Assembly: GCA_963804165.1 (NCBI GenBank) | Contig: CAWDPO010000034.1 | Location: forward strand, 1-64,000 | DNA from: an uncultured delta proteobacterium | GTDB taxonomy: Bacteria > Desulfobacterota > Binatia > UBA9968 | DNA: 64,000 nt | Reading direction: 5' to 3' | Shown here: positions 1 through 11,552 of the stretch, piece after piece | How positions within the stretch are numbered: position 1 is the stretch's first letter | Layout: each line of letters opens with the position of its first letter | Program-made: the position numbers and the translations under genes | Notes under the pieces: generated by a model | Seen by the model: the letters and a program-made list of their open reading frames with translations, nothing else | Told to the model about the DNA's origin: nothing | The model's database searches: none

Positions 1-1334
1 ATATCGGCGGCCGGATTCTTTCCGCCGAGGCGCGCGAAGTCTTCGAGGAAGGGCTGCGCATTCCGATCATGAAACTCTTCGACCGCGGCGAACCGAATCG
101 AGTTCTCATGCAGATCGTGCGCGTCAACGTGCGTCAGCCGGACGAGGTGATCGGCGACTTCTACGCCCAGACCGCGTGCAACGAAACCGGCGGGCGGGCG
201 CTGTTGGAAATGATGGACGAATTCGCGCTCGATTCGATCGATCCGGTCGCCGAGGAAATTATTCGCCGCTCCGAAGCGGCGGTGCGCGCGGAGATTCGCA
301 AGCTGCCGAGCGGCGAATGGAAAAACGAAACCTGGAGCGACGGCTTCGAAGAGCCGATCGTGGTGGATGCACGGTGAAAGTGGCGGGCGATGAAATTTTT
401 ATCGACTTCACCGGCTCGTCGCCGCAGAGCACGCGCGGCATCAACGTCGTGCTCAATTACACGCATGCGTATGCCAGCTTCGCGATCAAGGCAGCGATCT
501 GTCCGGACGTGCCGCACAATGAAGGCAGCTTTCGCCCTGTGCATGTGAGCGCGCCGCCGGGGAGTATTCTCAACGCGCTCGAACCGGCGCCGGTGGCAGC
601 CACCAAGTGATCGGCCACTTTATTCCCAGCGCGATTTTCGCGGCATTGTCCGGCGCCATGCCCGGTCGTCTGATGGCGCCGGGCGCCGATCCGATCTGGC
701 TAAGCGTATGGCGCGGGCAAAATCCATCCTTCACGTTGACCCTGTTTCAAGTCGGCGGCACGGGCGCGCGGCCGACCAAAGACGGCTTGAACGCAGTCGG
801 CTTCCCCAGTGGCGTCGCCGGCGTGCCGGCGGAAGTGATCGAGAGCTTGTCTCCGGTGGTGATGAAACGGCGCGAGCTTCGGTCCAACTCCGGTGGCGCG
901 GGTAAAATGGCGTGGCGGCTCCGGGACAGCTCACCGAATTTACGCGCAGGGGCGCGGGGAGATGGAGCGTGAGCTCGATTGCGGATCGCACGGCGTATCC
1001 GGCGCGGGGGCTGCTCGGCGGCGAGCCTGGCGCGACCGGCGAAGTCATGCTCGGCGATGGCACACGACTGAACGCCAAGGCATTGAAGGATCTCAGCAGC
1101 GGCGAAATCGTTCACGTCAATTTACCCGGCGGCGGCGGTTACGGTGAGGCGTTCAGTCGCGACGTCGAGAAAGTTCGCTGGGATGTGATCGAAGGTTACA
1201 TTACGCCGGAAGAAGCGCAAGAAAAGTACGGCGTCGCGGTAAAATATTCCGGCAAAGCCGATGACTTGGTTAGGCTGCCGAATAAGTGGTTTGTCGATCA
1301 AAAAAAGACCGCCGAACTGCGCGGGGGAGGATAA
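1..1334 (+). CDS. Hydantoinase B/oxoprolinase family protein, 5'-truncated by window edge, split by about 3 frameshifts
   Basis: Consecutive ORFs 69-377, 176-610, 607-972 and 912-1334 carry HyuB motifs (EEGLRIP, DFTGSSPQ, NEGSFRP, GGTGARPTKDG, PGGGGYG). Confidence 0.85.
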
Positions 1335-1363
1335 TGCATCAGTCCGTTTTCAAGGGGCCAAAA

Positions 1364-1420
1364 TGTAGGGGCACGCCCTGCGCGGTCCTCAGTCGGGCGA
1401 CCACAGGGGGTCGCCCTACA
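1364..1420. repeat. GTAG-type REP-like palindrome pair
   Basis: TGTAGGGGCACGCCCTGCG...GGGCGACCACAGGGGGTCGCCCTACA; GTAG/CTAC ends with internal hairpins. Confidence 0.65.
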
Positions 1421-1463
1421 AGCAATGAGCGCGTAACCGACTATTAGGGGAATTGGTGGGCAC

Positions 1464-2230
1464 ATGGAGCTGCAAGGTCGAGTCGCATTGATTACAGGCG
1501 GCGCAGGCGGGATCGGTGGCGCTGTGGTGCGGAGTTTGGCGAAAGCCGGCATAAGCGGCGTTGCCATCAACTATCGCAAATCAGGCAAAGAAGCAGCGGA
1601 TCTCGCCGCCGAAATTGAGCGCGGCGGCGTAAAAGCGGCGGCGATTCAAGCCGATGTGCAGAACGACGCCCAGGTCCGCGCGATGATCGCCAAGATCGGC
1701 GCGGAGTTCGGCCGCTTGGATATCTTAGTCAACAATGCCGGCGTAACCCACTGGGTGAAAGTCTCCGACCTCGAAGCGTTGACCGATGCGATCTGGGACG
1801 AGATTCTCGACGTCAACGTCAAAGGCGCGTTTCGCTGCGCGCGGGCGGCGGCCAAGCTGCTCGAAGCGAGCCAGGGCATGATCGTCAACATTTCGTCGAT
1901 CTCCGGCGTGTTGTCACCATCGAGCATGTCATCGCTCGCCTACGGCACGGCCAAGGCGGCGCTCATCCACTTGACGAAAGGTCTGGCCGTCGCGCTCGCG
2001 CCGAAAGTCCGCGTGAACTGCGTCGCTCCGGCATTTACCGACACGCCGTGGATGAGCGGACACTACGGCAAGACTTATCAGCAGGTGATTCACAGGCATC
2101 CGCAGGATATCCTCTGCAGCGCATCGCGACCCCCGATGAAGTCGCGGGGGCGATACTCGGCTTGATCACGGGCGGCGATTTTGTCACCGGCCAGACATTG
2201 ATCGTCGACGGCGGGTTGAGCTTGAGTTAG
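1464..2230 (+). CDS. SDR family oxidoreductase (frameshift near 2090)
   Basis: TGGAGGIG, NNAG and YGTAK motifs; C-terminus (VTGQTLIVDGG) lies in ORF 2048-2230. Confidence 0.9.
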
Positions 2231-2283
2231 CCAATGAGGTTGAAATAAGCTCGACTTCAGGGGACGAGCAATTATCCCAAAGT

Positions 2284-2358
2284 CGTCACCCCCGGTTAAT
2301 CGGGCATCCAATTCCTGTTCACTTCAAACAAACCCGCCTGGATTCCGCCGGAATGACG
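2284..2358. repeat. CGTC-type REP-like palindromic element (degenerate)
   Basis: CGTCACCCCCG...CGGGCATCCA ... TGGATTCCGCCGGAATGACG between convergent genes. Confidence 0.55.
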
Positions 2359-2491
2359 CACGTGGAGTCAATTTCCTCGGCTCCGCCAGAATCCCTCGGC
2401 TTGAAGCTGAGTGTCGTATACTTTTTGGCCGGTAACTGTTGAAGCTTTCATTACGATTGCAGTGTCAAGGTCGCGCGGCTGGGCAAAGGAT

Positions 2492-3750
<1,259 letters not shown>

Positions 3751-3855
3751 GCACTTGAAATCCTTCCGTGATTGTTTTCTAAAGGTAACAACGAGCCGAA
3801 AGCGAGTCAACGTTGAATTCTATTGACTGTTTGTGGACGCTGAGGATGCGTAAGT

Positions 3856-4605
3856 ATGAAACTTAAAGGGAAAGTCGCGTTTATCACGGGATTCGGATCG
3901 GGACTGGGGCAAGCTATTGCCGTCATGTTCGCCAAGGAAGGCGCCGCGGTGGCGGGCACGTCGCTGACCGAGTCGAAAGGTCGGGAGACGCTAACGCTGG
4001 TCGAGAAAGTCGGCGGCAGGGCGATGTTTTGGCCCGGCGATGTTTCGAACTCGGCGCAGATGAAAACCCTGATCGACGAAACCGTTCGCCAATTTGGCGG
4101 CATCGATATTGTCGTCAACAGCGGCGGCGTGCGCACCAATGGCAGCATCACGGAGATCACGGAAGATGATTGGGACCGGACACTGGATGTTAATCTCAAG
4201 GGCGCGTTCATTGTTTCGCGCTTGGCAATTCCCGAAATGAAAAGGCGCGGCGGCGGCGTGATTCTGCACATCGCCGCGCGCTCGGGCATGCTCGGGCAAT
4301 CCGGGCGCGCCGCATATTGCGCTTCGAAAGGCGGCATGGTTCGCTTGACTGAAGCGATGGCGATGGATCATGCGAAGGATAAAATACGGGTCAATTGTAT
4401 TTGTCCGGGACCGACACGCACGCCGATGGTGGATACGTCGACGCCCGAGAAACTCGCGCGCTACAAAACCAGAGTGCCGATCGGCCGCATCGGCGAGCCT
4501 GAAGACGTCGCTTACGCGGCGTTGTATCTCGCGTCGGATGAAGCGTCGATGGTGACCGCGGCGATCTTGCCGGTGGACGGTGGCATGCGACTGACCGGAC
4601 CCTAA
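3856..4605 (+). CDS. SDR family oxidoreductase
   Basis: TGFGSGLG, YCASK and PVDGG motifs. Confidence 0.9.
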   Translation: MKLKGKVAFITGFGSGLGQAIAVMFAKEGAAVAGTSLTESKGRETLTLVEKVGGRAMFWPGDVSNSAQMKTLIDETVRQFGGIDIVVNSGGVRTNGSITEITEDDWDRTLDVNLKGAFIVSRLAIPEMKRRGGGVILHIAARSGMLGQSGRAAYCASKGGMVRLTEAMAMDHAKDKIRVNCICPGPTRTPMVDTSTPEKLARYKTRVPIGRIGEPEDVAYAALYLASDEASMVTAAILPVDGGMRLTGP

Positions 4606-4774
4606 TTACCATAGATGCAGCACTGACCACGAACATAACCATGAAAGATATTTCACGACTAAGGTTACGAAGTTTGAAAGTAAGGAGTACCCGAATCCTT
4701 AGTGACCGTCGCGCGCTTCGTAATGCAAATGATATTCACTTATAAAAGAAACTACTTCGATCAAGGATGGAGAA

Positions 4775-5410
4775 ATGCTCGACGTACGGCCAATAGGGAT
4801 TGAGGATTACACGGAACGCTGCAGCAAGCCGTTATCAGAATTACATGACAAACTTTGGGTCGAAACCTATGCGAAGACCCACAGTCCCGGCATGATGGTT
4901 GGGCCCGTCGAGGGACAATTTCTGAAAATGCTCGCCACGATCACGGGCGCGCGGCGCATCCTCGAGATCGGCATGTTCACGGGTTATAGCACGCTGGCCT
5001 GGGCCGAGGCGCTGCCGAAGGACGGGCGCGTCGTTACCTGCGAGATCAATCCGCAGACCACGGAGATCGCCAAGCGCTATTTTGCCGAAAGCACGCACGG
5101 TCACAAGATCGAAATCAAACTCGGTCCCGCGCTCAATTCACTTAAACTGCTGGACGGTATTTTCGATCTCTGTTTCATCGACGCCGACAAAGAAAACTAC
5201 GGCGGCTACTACGACCGCTGCATGGACCTGGTTCGTCCGCGGGGACTGATCATTTTAGACAACATGCTGCGCGGCGGCCGTGTGCTGGATCCCCAAGACA
5301 GAAGCAGCAAAGCTATCGACGAGCTCAACAAGCGCATCCGCAACGATCCGCGAGTGGAGAATGTGCTGTTGCCAATGCGAGATGGGATTATGCTCGTGCG
5401 AAAATTATAA
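4775..5410 (+). CDS. O-methyltransferase (CCoAOMT-like)
   Basis: LEIGMFTGYS, FIDADKENY and DNML motifs. Confidence 0.9.
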   Translation: MLDVRPIGIEDYTERCSKPLSELHDKLWVETYAKTHSPGMMVGPVEGQFLKMLATITGARRILEIGMFTGYSTLAWAEALPKDGRVVTCEINPQTTEIAKRYFAESTHGHKIEIKLGPALNSLKLLDGIFDLCFIDADKENYGGYYDRCMDLVRPRGLIILDNMLRGGRVLDPQDRSSKAIDELNKRIRNDPRVENVLLPMRDGIMLVRKL

Positions 5411-5509
5411 AAGAGTCGTCGTCAAGGTTGGATTCAGCCAATTTCGCGCGCTAGCAACTGTAAGGTTCGAGCCAAGTCTGTCGCCAGCGGTGCCTGCCAT
5501 TCTCGCGGC

Positions 5510-6329
5510 TTACCGGCATAGTTCAGTTTCAATTTTTCGCGCGTGGAGAAACTGGCGCTTCAAGCCGAACTCCCTGCGAAAGCGTTTGTTGAAGCCAAAG
5601 TCGCCGTGCTGATCGTCCATGACCACCGGATGGCCGAGCTTGGCGAAGTGGAGACGTATTTGGTGCAGCCGGCCGGTCTCGATTGAAACCCGCGCGAGGG
5701 TGACTTCTGCAAATTTCTTGACGACTCGGTAGCGCGTGAGCGCGCGCACCGGGTCGCCCTGGCGGCCGGGTAAGGGGAAGTCGATCCTCCCTTCATGATT
5801 CGGCAGCCGGCCGACGACGAGACACAGATATTCTTTCTCCACTGCACCGGTCTCGAAGCAGCTTTGCAATTCTGTGGCGGTGTGGCGGCTTTTAGCGATT
5901 AACAGCAACCCCGAGGTGTCTCTGTCGATGCGATGAACGAGCTGTGGTTTGATGCCGCGGTCACGATACGTCGTTTCTAAAATGCCCAACACCGAGTCTC
6001 TTTTGCTGACGGATTTGCCTTCCTGCACGGCGATGCCGGCGGACTTATTGAGTACGAGTAACGCCTCTGTCTTCGTATACGGTATCGAGTTTCGTAACGG
6101 CTTTGAGCGGCTTGACTGATTCGGCTTGCCTTTCGAAACCGATATATAGCTGGATGCGGTCGCCGCCGCGGATCAGGTCGTCCGCTTTGGCGCGCCGCCC
6201 GTTAACTCGCACGCCATTTTTGTGAAAGAGTTTTCGGACGTAGCCGATGGCGAATTTTTTTTTCAAAAAACTCTCGAGCTTTTTGATTGCCTCATTGTCC
6301 GGCAAGACGATTTCACGCATGACCTGCAC
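5510..6329 (-). CDS. RluA-family pseudouridine synthase (frameshift about 6050)
   Basis: S4-like N-terminus in 6045-6329; HRIDRDTSG and TGRLHQIRLH in 5510-6028. Confidence 0.9.
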
Positions 6330-6465
6330 GAGCTAACGGCAGAATTCGCGAGTAGTCAAGACAGGGCCGTGGCAATATTTGCAATTGTGTAGTTATTAAG
6401 CTAGCTTACGTGGATGGCGCCGGGGCAATCAGCCCTCCTTGGTTTGCGCCGGGCGAGGTAGTCAT

Positions 6466-7542
6466 TTGAGTCGTAATGAGTCGGTCGATGGTTTAAGAAA
6501 AAAGATCGATCAAATTGATGCTAAAATCGTTAACCTGCTGAATGATCGGGCTTCTCTGGCGCAAAGGATCGGCCAAACCAAGAGCCTAAGTAGTCAAAAG
6601 GTTTACGTCCCCCATCGGGAGAAGGAAATCCTTCAACGGGTCTGCGCATTAAATCGCGGACCGCTCTCCACTCGGGCCATCAGCGCGGTTTTTCGGGAAA
6701 TCATCTCGGGTTGCCGTTCGCTTGAAGGGCCATTAACGGTGGCTTTCTTCGGGGCTGAGGCGACTTACACTCATCTCGCGGCTCGCGAGAAATTTGGCTC
6801 CTCGACAACTCTACAACCGACGGCCAGCATCGCCGAAGTTTTTCAGGAAGTCGGCCAGGGAAGAGCGGCTTTCGGCGTGGTGCCGATCGAAAACTCCACC
6901 GAAGGCGCAGTCACGCATACGTTTGACTCACTGGTGGATTCCGATTTGCAGATTTGCGCGGAGATTTACCTGGATATTCATCACAATCTGCTGTCGCGCT
7001 CCGGCAAAGTGGCCGACGTGCGGCGAATCATTTCACATCCCCAAGCGTTGGCTCAGTGTCGTGGCTGGTTGGCGCGCCGTTTCCCAGCGGTTCCGGTCGA
7101 CGAGGTCGCCAGCACCGCGCATGCAGCCATGAAGGCGGCGAGCGACGGCTCGTTAGCGGCCATTTCCAGCGCGATGGCAAAGGAAGTTTACGATCTGCAA
7201 CTCGTTGCCAGCAACATCGAGGACCAGAGCAATAACATTACGAGGTTCGTGGTGGTGGGGAAAATGCCGACGCGACCGAGCGGCGATGACAAAACCTCAT
7301 TGGTATTTTCCGTGCAGGATAAACCGGGAGTGCTGCATCGGATGCTGCAACCTTTCGCGCGTCGCCGCATCAATCTGAACAAGATCGAATCGCGGCCGAT
7401 AAAGAACAAACCCTGGGAATATTTGTTTTTTCTCGACCTGCGCGGCCATCGGGAGCAGAGCGCGGTAAAAAAAGCGATCGCCGGGCTGGAGAAAAATTGT
7501 CTTTATCTGAAAATTTTGGGTTCTTATCCGAGCGGCAGATGA
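6466..7542 (+). CDS. pheA: Chorismate mutase/prephenate dehydratase
   Basis: CM domain, PIENSTEG, SHPQALAQC, TRF and ACT-domain IESRP motifs. Confidence 0.95.
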   Translation: MSRNESVDGLRKKIDQIDAKIVNLLNDRASLAQRIGQTKSLSSQKVYVPHREKEILQRVCALNRGPLSTRAISAVFREIISGCRSLEGPLTVAFFGAEATYTHLAAREKFGSSTTLQPTASIAEVFQEVGQGRAAFGVVPIENSTEGAVTHTFDSLVDSDLQICAEIYLDIHHNLLSRSGKVADVRRIISHPQALAQCRGWLARRFPAVPVDEVASTAHAAMKAASDGSLAAISSAMAKEVYDLQLVASNIEDQSNNITRFVVVGKMPTRPSGDDKTSLVFSVQDKPGVLHRMLQPFARRRINLNKIESRPIKNKPWEYLFFLDLRGHREQSAVKKAIAGLEKNCLYLKILGSYPSGR

Positions 7543-8636
7543 AGATCGTCGAACAGGTGCCTGAATATATCCGCTCGTTGATCCCCTACGAGCCGGGCAA
7601 GCCGATCGAAGAAGTGGAGCGCGAATACGGCATCTCCGACTCGGTCAAGCTCGCGTCGAACGAGAATCCACTGGGCCCGTCGCCGAAGGCGGTGGCCGCG
7701 ATCCGTCAGAAACTGGATCAGCTCAACCTTTATCCGGACGGGGATTGTTTTTATTTGAAGCAGGGTTTGTCGAAAAAACTCGGTGTGGCGCCGGAGAATC
7801 TCATTTTCGGCAACGGCTCCAATGAAATCATCGAATTGGCCGTGCGCACGTTCATGCGTCCCGGCGACGAGGCGGTGATGGCGCGGCAGGCCTTCGTGGT
7901 TTATAACCTCGTCGTCCAGGCAGTCGGTGGCAAGGCCAAGGCCGTTCCGTTGCGAGACTATACCCACGATTTATCGGCCATCGGCGCCGCGGTCACGCCG
8001 CAAACCCGAGTGGTGCTTTTGGCCAATCCAAACAATCCGACGGGAACGATTTTCCGCCGCGAAGAATGGGAACGCTTTCTCGACAAGGTTTCGCGCGACG
8101 TGCTGCTGCTGGTTGACGAGGCTTATTTCGAGTACGTCGAAGACGCCGGCTATCCGAACTCGCTTGCGTATCACGCGGCGGATCGCGCGATTTTGACCTT
8201 GCGCACGTTTTCGAAATTGTACGGTTTAGCGGGCCTTCGCATTGGTTACGGCGTCGGCCCCAAGGAGATGATCGCTTTGATGCAGCGCGTGCGCCAGCCG
8301 TTCAACGTCAACGCACCCGCCCAGTGGGCGGCACTGGCCGCCCTGGATGACGCCGAACACGTGCAACGCAGCCTGGACGTGAATAGGCAAGGCATCGACT
8401 ATTTGCAGAAGGAGTTTGCCAGACTTGGATTGGGGTTCGTGCCGACCTGCGCCAACTTTATTTTTGTGCGCGTCGGCAAGGGACAAGACGTATTTCAAGG
8501 ATTGCTCAGCCAGGGTGTCATCGTTCGGCCCATGGGCGGTTATCAATTTCCCGAGCATGTACGGGTGACGGTTGGGACAATGGTGGAAAACCGGAAGTTT
8601 ATTTCGGCTCTGGAAAAAGTCATTAAAACTTTTTAG
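7539..8636 (+). CDS. hisC: Histidinol-phosphate aminotransferase
   Basis: KLASNENPLG, NPNNPTG, DEAY and RTFSKLYGLAGLRIGY motifs. Confidence 0.95.
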   Translation: MKIVEQVPEYIRSLIPYEPGKPIEEVEREYGISDSVKLASNENPLGPSPKAVAAIRQKLDQLNLYPDGDCFYLKQGLSKKLGVAPENLIFGNGSNEIIELAVRTFMRPGDEAVMARQAFVVYNLVVQAVGGKAKAVPLRDYTHDLSAIGAAVTPQTRVVLLANPNNPTGTIFRREEWERFLDKVSRDVLLLVDEAYFEYVEDAGYPNSLAYHAADRAILTLRTFSKLYGLAGLRIGYGVGPKEMIALMQRVRQPFNVNAPAQWAALAALDDAEHVQRSLDVNRQGIDYLQKEFARLGLGFVPTCANFIFVRVGKGQDVFQGLLSQGVIVRPMGGYQFPEHVRVTVGTMVENRKFISALEKVIKTF

Positions 8637-8662
8637 GCGAACTGGCTCTAGCAGGGAACTAC

Positions 8663-9526
8663 ATGGCGTTGATGTTTCAAAAAATGGTTATCGCCGGTGT
8701 CGGCTTGATCTGTGGATCGCTCGCCTTGGACATGCGCCGTCGCAAGCTCGTCGGCGAGATTGTCGGTTATGGCCGCAGTGAAAGTAATCTTCGGCTCGCC
8801 AAGAAAAACGGCATCATCGACGGCTATTTCCTACGCGAAGACGAGTTCCCAGCCAGCGTCGATTTCCTCATGATGGGAACGCCGGTGCAAGCCATCGTGC
8901 CGCTGACTCAAGCGTTTCTGCCTAAGCTCGAACCTGGTTGCATCGTCAGCGACGTGGGCAGCGTCAAGGCTGAGATCGTTCGCGGCATGGAGCGTCTGTT
9001 GCCTGGAGACATTCATTTTGTTGGCGGCCATCCGATCGCCGGCAGTGAACAATGGGGCGCCCAGGCGGCACGGCGCGATCTCTTCGTCCGCCATCGATGT
9101 ATTCTGACTCCGACCAAGCGGACCGATCCGCAGGCGTTAAAAAAAGTCGCCGCTTTGTGGCGTAAAGCCGGAGCGGAAGTGGAAATTATGGATCCGAAGA
9201 TTCACGATCGGCTGCTCGGAGTGATCAGTCATTTGCCCCACGTTTTGGTTTATGCTTTGGTCAACGCGCTCGAGCGCACGCCGTTGCGCGGTGTAGAGTT
9301 AAAGGGGTACTGCGCCGGCGGCTTCAAAGACTTCACGCGGATCGCGTCGAGCCGCCCCGAGTTGTGGCGCGATATCTGTTTGATGAACCGCCACGCGCTG
9401 GGACAATCCCTGGGCGATTACATCAGCTATCTGGAGCGGCTCCGTCGGTGGATCGAGGACGGCAAAGGCGCGTTGCTGGAAAAAGAGTTTGCCCACGCCT
9501 ACGAGACAAGGAGTCAAATCCCGTAA
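8663..9526 (+). CDS. tyrA: Prephenate dehydrogenase
   Basis: GVGLICGS, DVGSVK, HPIAGSE, SHLPH and DFTRIA motifs. Confidence 0.93.
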   Translation: MALMFQKMVIAGVGLICGSLALDMRRRKLVGEIVGYGRSESNLRLAKKNGIIDGYFLREDEFPASVDFLMMGTPVQAIVPLTQAFLPKLEPGCIVSDVGSVKAEIVRGMERLLPGDIHFVGGHPIAGSEQWGAQAARRDLFVRHRCILTPTKRTDPQALKKVAALWRKAGAEVEIMDPKIHDRLLGVISHLPHVLVYALVNALERTPLRGVELKGYCAGGFKDFTRIASSRPELWRDICLMNRHALGQSLGDYISYLERLRRWIEDGKGALLEKEFAHAYETRSQIP

Positions 9527-9534
9527 CGGTCGAA

Positions 9535-10822
9535 ATGAAACGCATCGAACCCCTTAAACATCCGCTACGCGGAGACATTACCGTGCCGGGCGACAAATCG
9601 ATCGCGCATCGCGCAGTGATTCTCGGCAGCGTGGCCAAAGGACGCAGCCGGATCTTTAATCTTTCCGGCGGCGACGATAACTCGCGTACGGTGCGAGCGT
9701 TTCGCCAGATGGGCATAGAGATTTTTCGCGACGGCGACTCGTTATGCGTGGAAGGCAAGGGCTGGGACGGGCTCTGCGCGCCGGATGCACCCATCGATTG
9801 TGGTAATTCCGGCACGACCATGCGCTTGCTCTCGGGCCTTTTGGCGGGGCGACCATTTACGAGTGAATTGGACGGCGATTCATCGCTGCGCCAGCGTCCG
9901 ATGCAGCGCATCATCGACCCATTGACCTCGATGGGAGCGCGGGATCAGCAGTAAGGGCGGCAACGGTCTCGCGCCTTTGAAAATCGACGGCGGTAATCTG
10001 CACGGAATAGATTACCGTATGCCGATCGCCAGCGCTCAGGTGAAATCGGCGATCTTGTTGGCGGCGCTGCAGGCGCGCGGCGCGACCACTTTGGCAGAGC
10101 CGCAAAAATCGCGCGATCATACCGAAGTGATGCTGCGCGGCTTCGGCGCTGAAGTCACGGTCCAAGGGGCAGCAGTGACCGTACGCGGCGGACAGAATCT
10201 TTACGGTCAAGACGTGCGGATACCGGGAGACATTTCTTCGGCGGCGTTTTTTCTCGTCGCCGCGGCGATGATTCCGGGATCGGAGCTGACGATCCGCAAC
10301 GTCGGCTGCAATCCGACGCGCGATGGCGTCGTCGAAGTGTTGCGGCGCATGGGCGCAGCGCTTGAATGTTTCAACGAACGCACTGAAGCCGGCGAGCGGG
10401 TCGCTGACATTCGCGTCGCCGGGGGAGCGTTGAGAGGCGTCGAGATCGGCGCGGAAATGGTCGCCCGGACGATTGACGAGTATCCGATTCTTTCGATCGC
10501 CGCCGCGGTCGCCGATGGGGTGACGACCTTTTCGGACATCAAAGAGTTGCGTTTTAAAGAGTCGGATCGGATCGCCGCCATGACGGCGGGACTACGCGGG
10601 CTCGGCATTGAAGTCGAAGAGCGCGAGGACGGCATGACGATCCGGGGCGGGCGGCGTTTTCGCGGCGGCGAGGTCAGCAGTTTAGGTGATCATCGGATCG
10701 CGATGTCATTCGCTGTCGCCGCGTTAAGCGGCACGGGCGCAGTCGTGATTGACGATGCGGCTTGCGTGGATATATCGTTCCCTAATTTCTTTGATTTACT
10801 CGGGAAAATTTGTTTGCATTAG
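9535..10822 (+). CDS. aroA: EPSP synthase (frameshift about 9940)
   Basis: PGDKSIAHR, GNSGTTMR, SAQVKSA, KESDRI and DHRIAM motifs. Confidence 0.95.
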
Positions 10823-11532
10823 AGCATGAGACAGGGGATAGTCGGCGCGATAAGGGGGGACGGTTGATTGTCGCAATTGACGGACCGTCCGGCGCCGGCA
10901 AGAGCACGTTGGCGAAACGATTAGCGAAAGAGCTTGGCTTTATCTACATGGATACGGGAGCGATGTATCGGGCATTGGCGGTGAAGGTCTTGCGTCAAGG
11001 AGTTGATTTGACGGATGATATCAAGGTGGCGGATCTCGTCAACTCGACCGAGATCGACTTGCAGGAGCAGATGGGCGCGCTCAAGGTTCTTTTGGATGGC
11101 ATAGACGTGGCGGCGGATATTCGCACTCCCGAAGTGAGTCAGATGGCGTCGAAAGTTTCGGCGTTGAAGGCGGTGCGCGCGCGCATGCTCGATCTACAGC
11201 GCGACATGGGACGGCGCGGTAGCGTCGTCGCCGAAGGTCGCGATATCGGCACGGTCGTGTTTCCCCAAGCCGAAGTCAAAATCTTTCTGGAAGCCTCCGT
11301 CGAGGAGCGCGCTCGTCGGCGCTGCGCCGAGCTTCGGGCCACCGGCCAAAGAGTCGACCTGGACGAGACGCTGCGTGAAATCGCCGAACGCGACAAACGC
11401 GACAGCGAAAGAGATTTGGCGCCGCTGCGCAAAGCCGATGACGCGTTGGTGATCGATTCATCGGCTGCGACCGCCGATGCGGTCGCGGCGCGGGCCTTGG
11501 CGTACATTCGAACGAAAACAAGAGAAAACTAA
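10810..11532 (+). CDS. cmk: Cytidylate kinase
   Basis: IDGPSGAGKST, DTGAMYR and EGRDIGTVVFP motifs. Confidence 0.95.
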   Translation: MFALEHETGDSRRDKGGRLIVAIDGPSGAGKSTLAKRLAKELGFIYMDTGAMYRALAVKVLRQGVDLTDDIKVADLVNSTEIDLQEQMGALKVLLDGIDVAADIRTPEVSQMASKVSALKAVRARMLDLQRDMGRRGSVVAEGRDIGTVVFPQAEVKIFLEASVEERARRRCAELRATGQRVDLDETLREIAERDKRDSERDLAPLRKADDALVIDSSAATADAVAARALAYIRTKTREN

Positions 11533-11552
11533 ACAGATCGGAGTTGGTTTGC

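Noticed and set aside
4626-4725. Degenerate ACCACGAA...TTCGT inverted repeat between the SDR and O-methyltransferase genes
   Set aside because: Too degenerate to support as an element without genome-wide copies.
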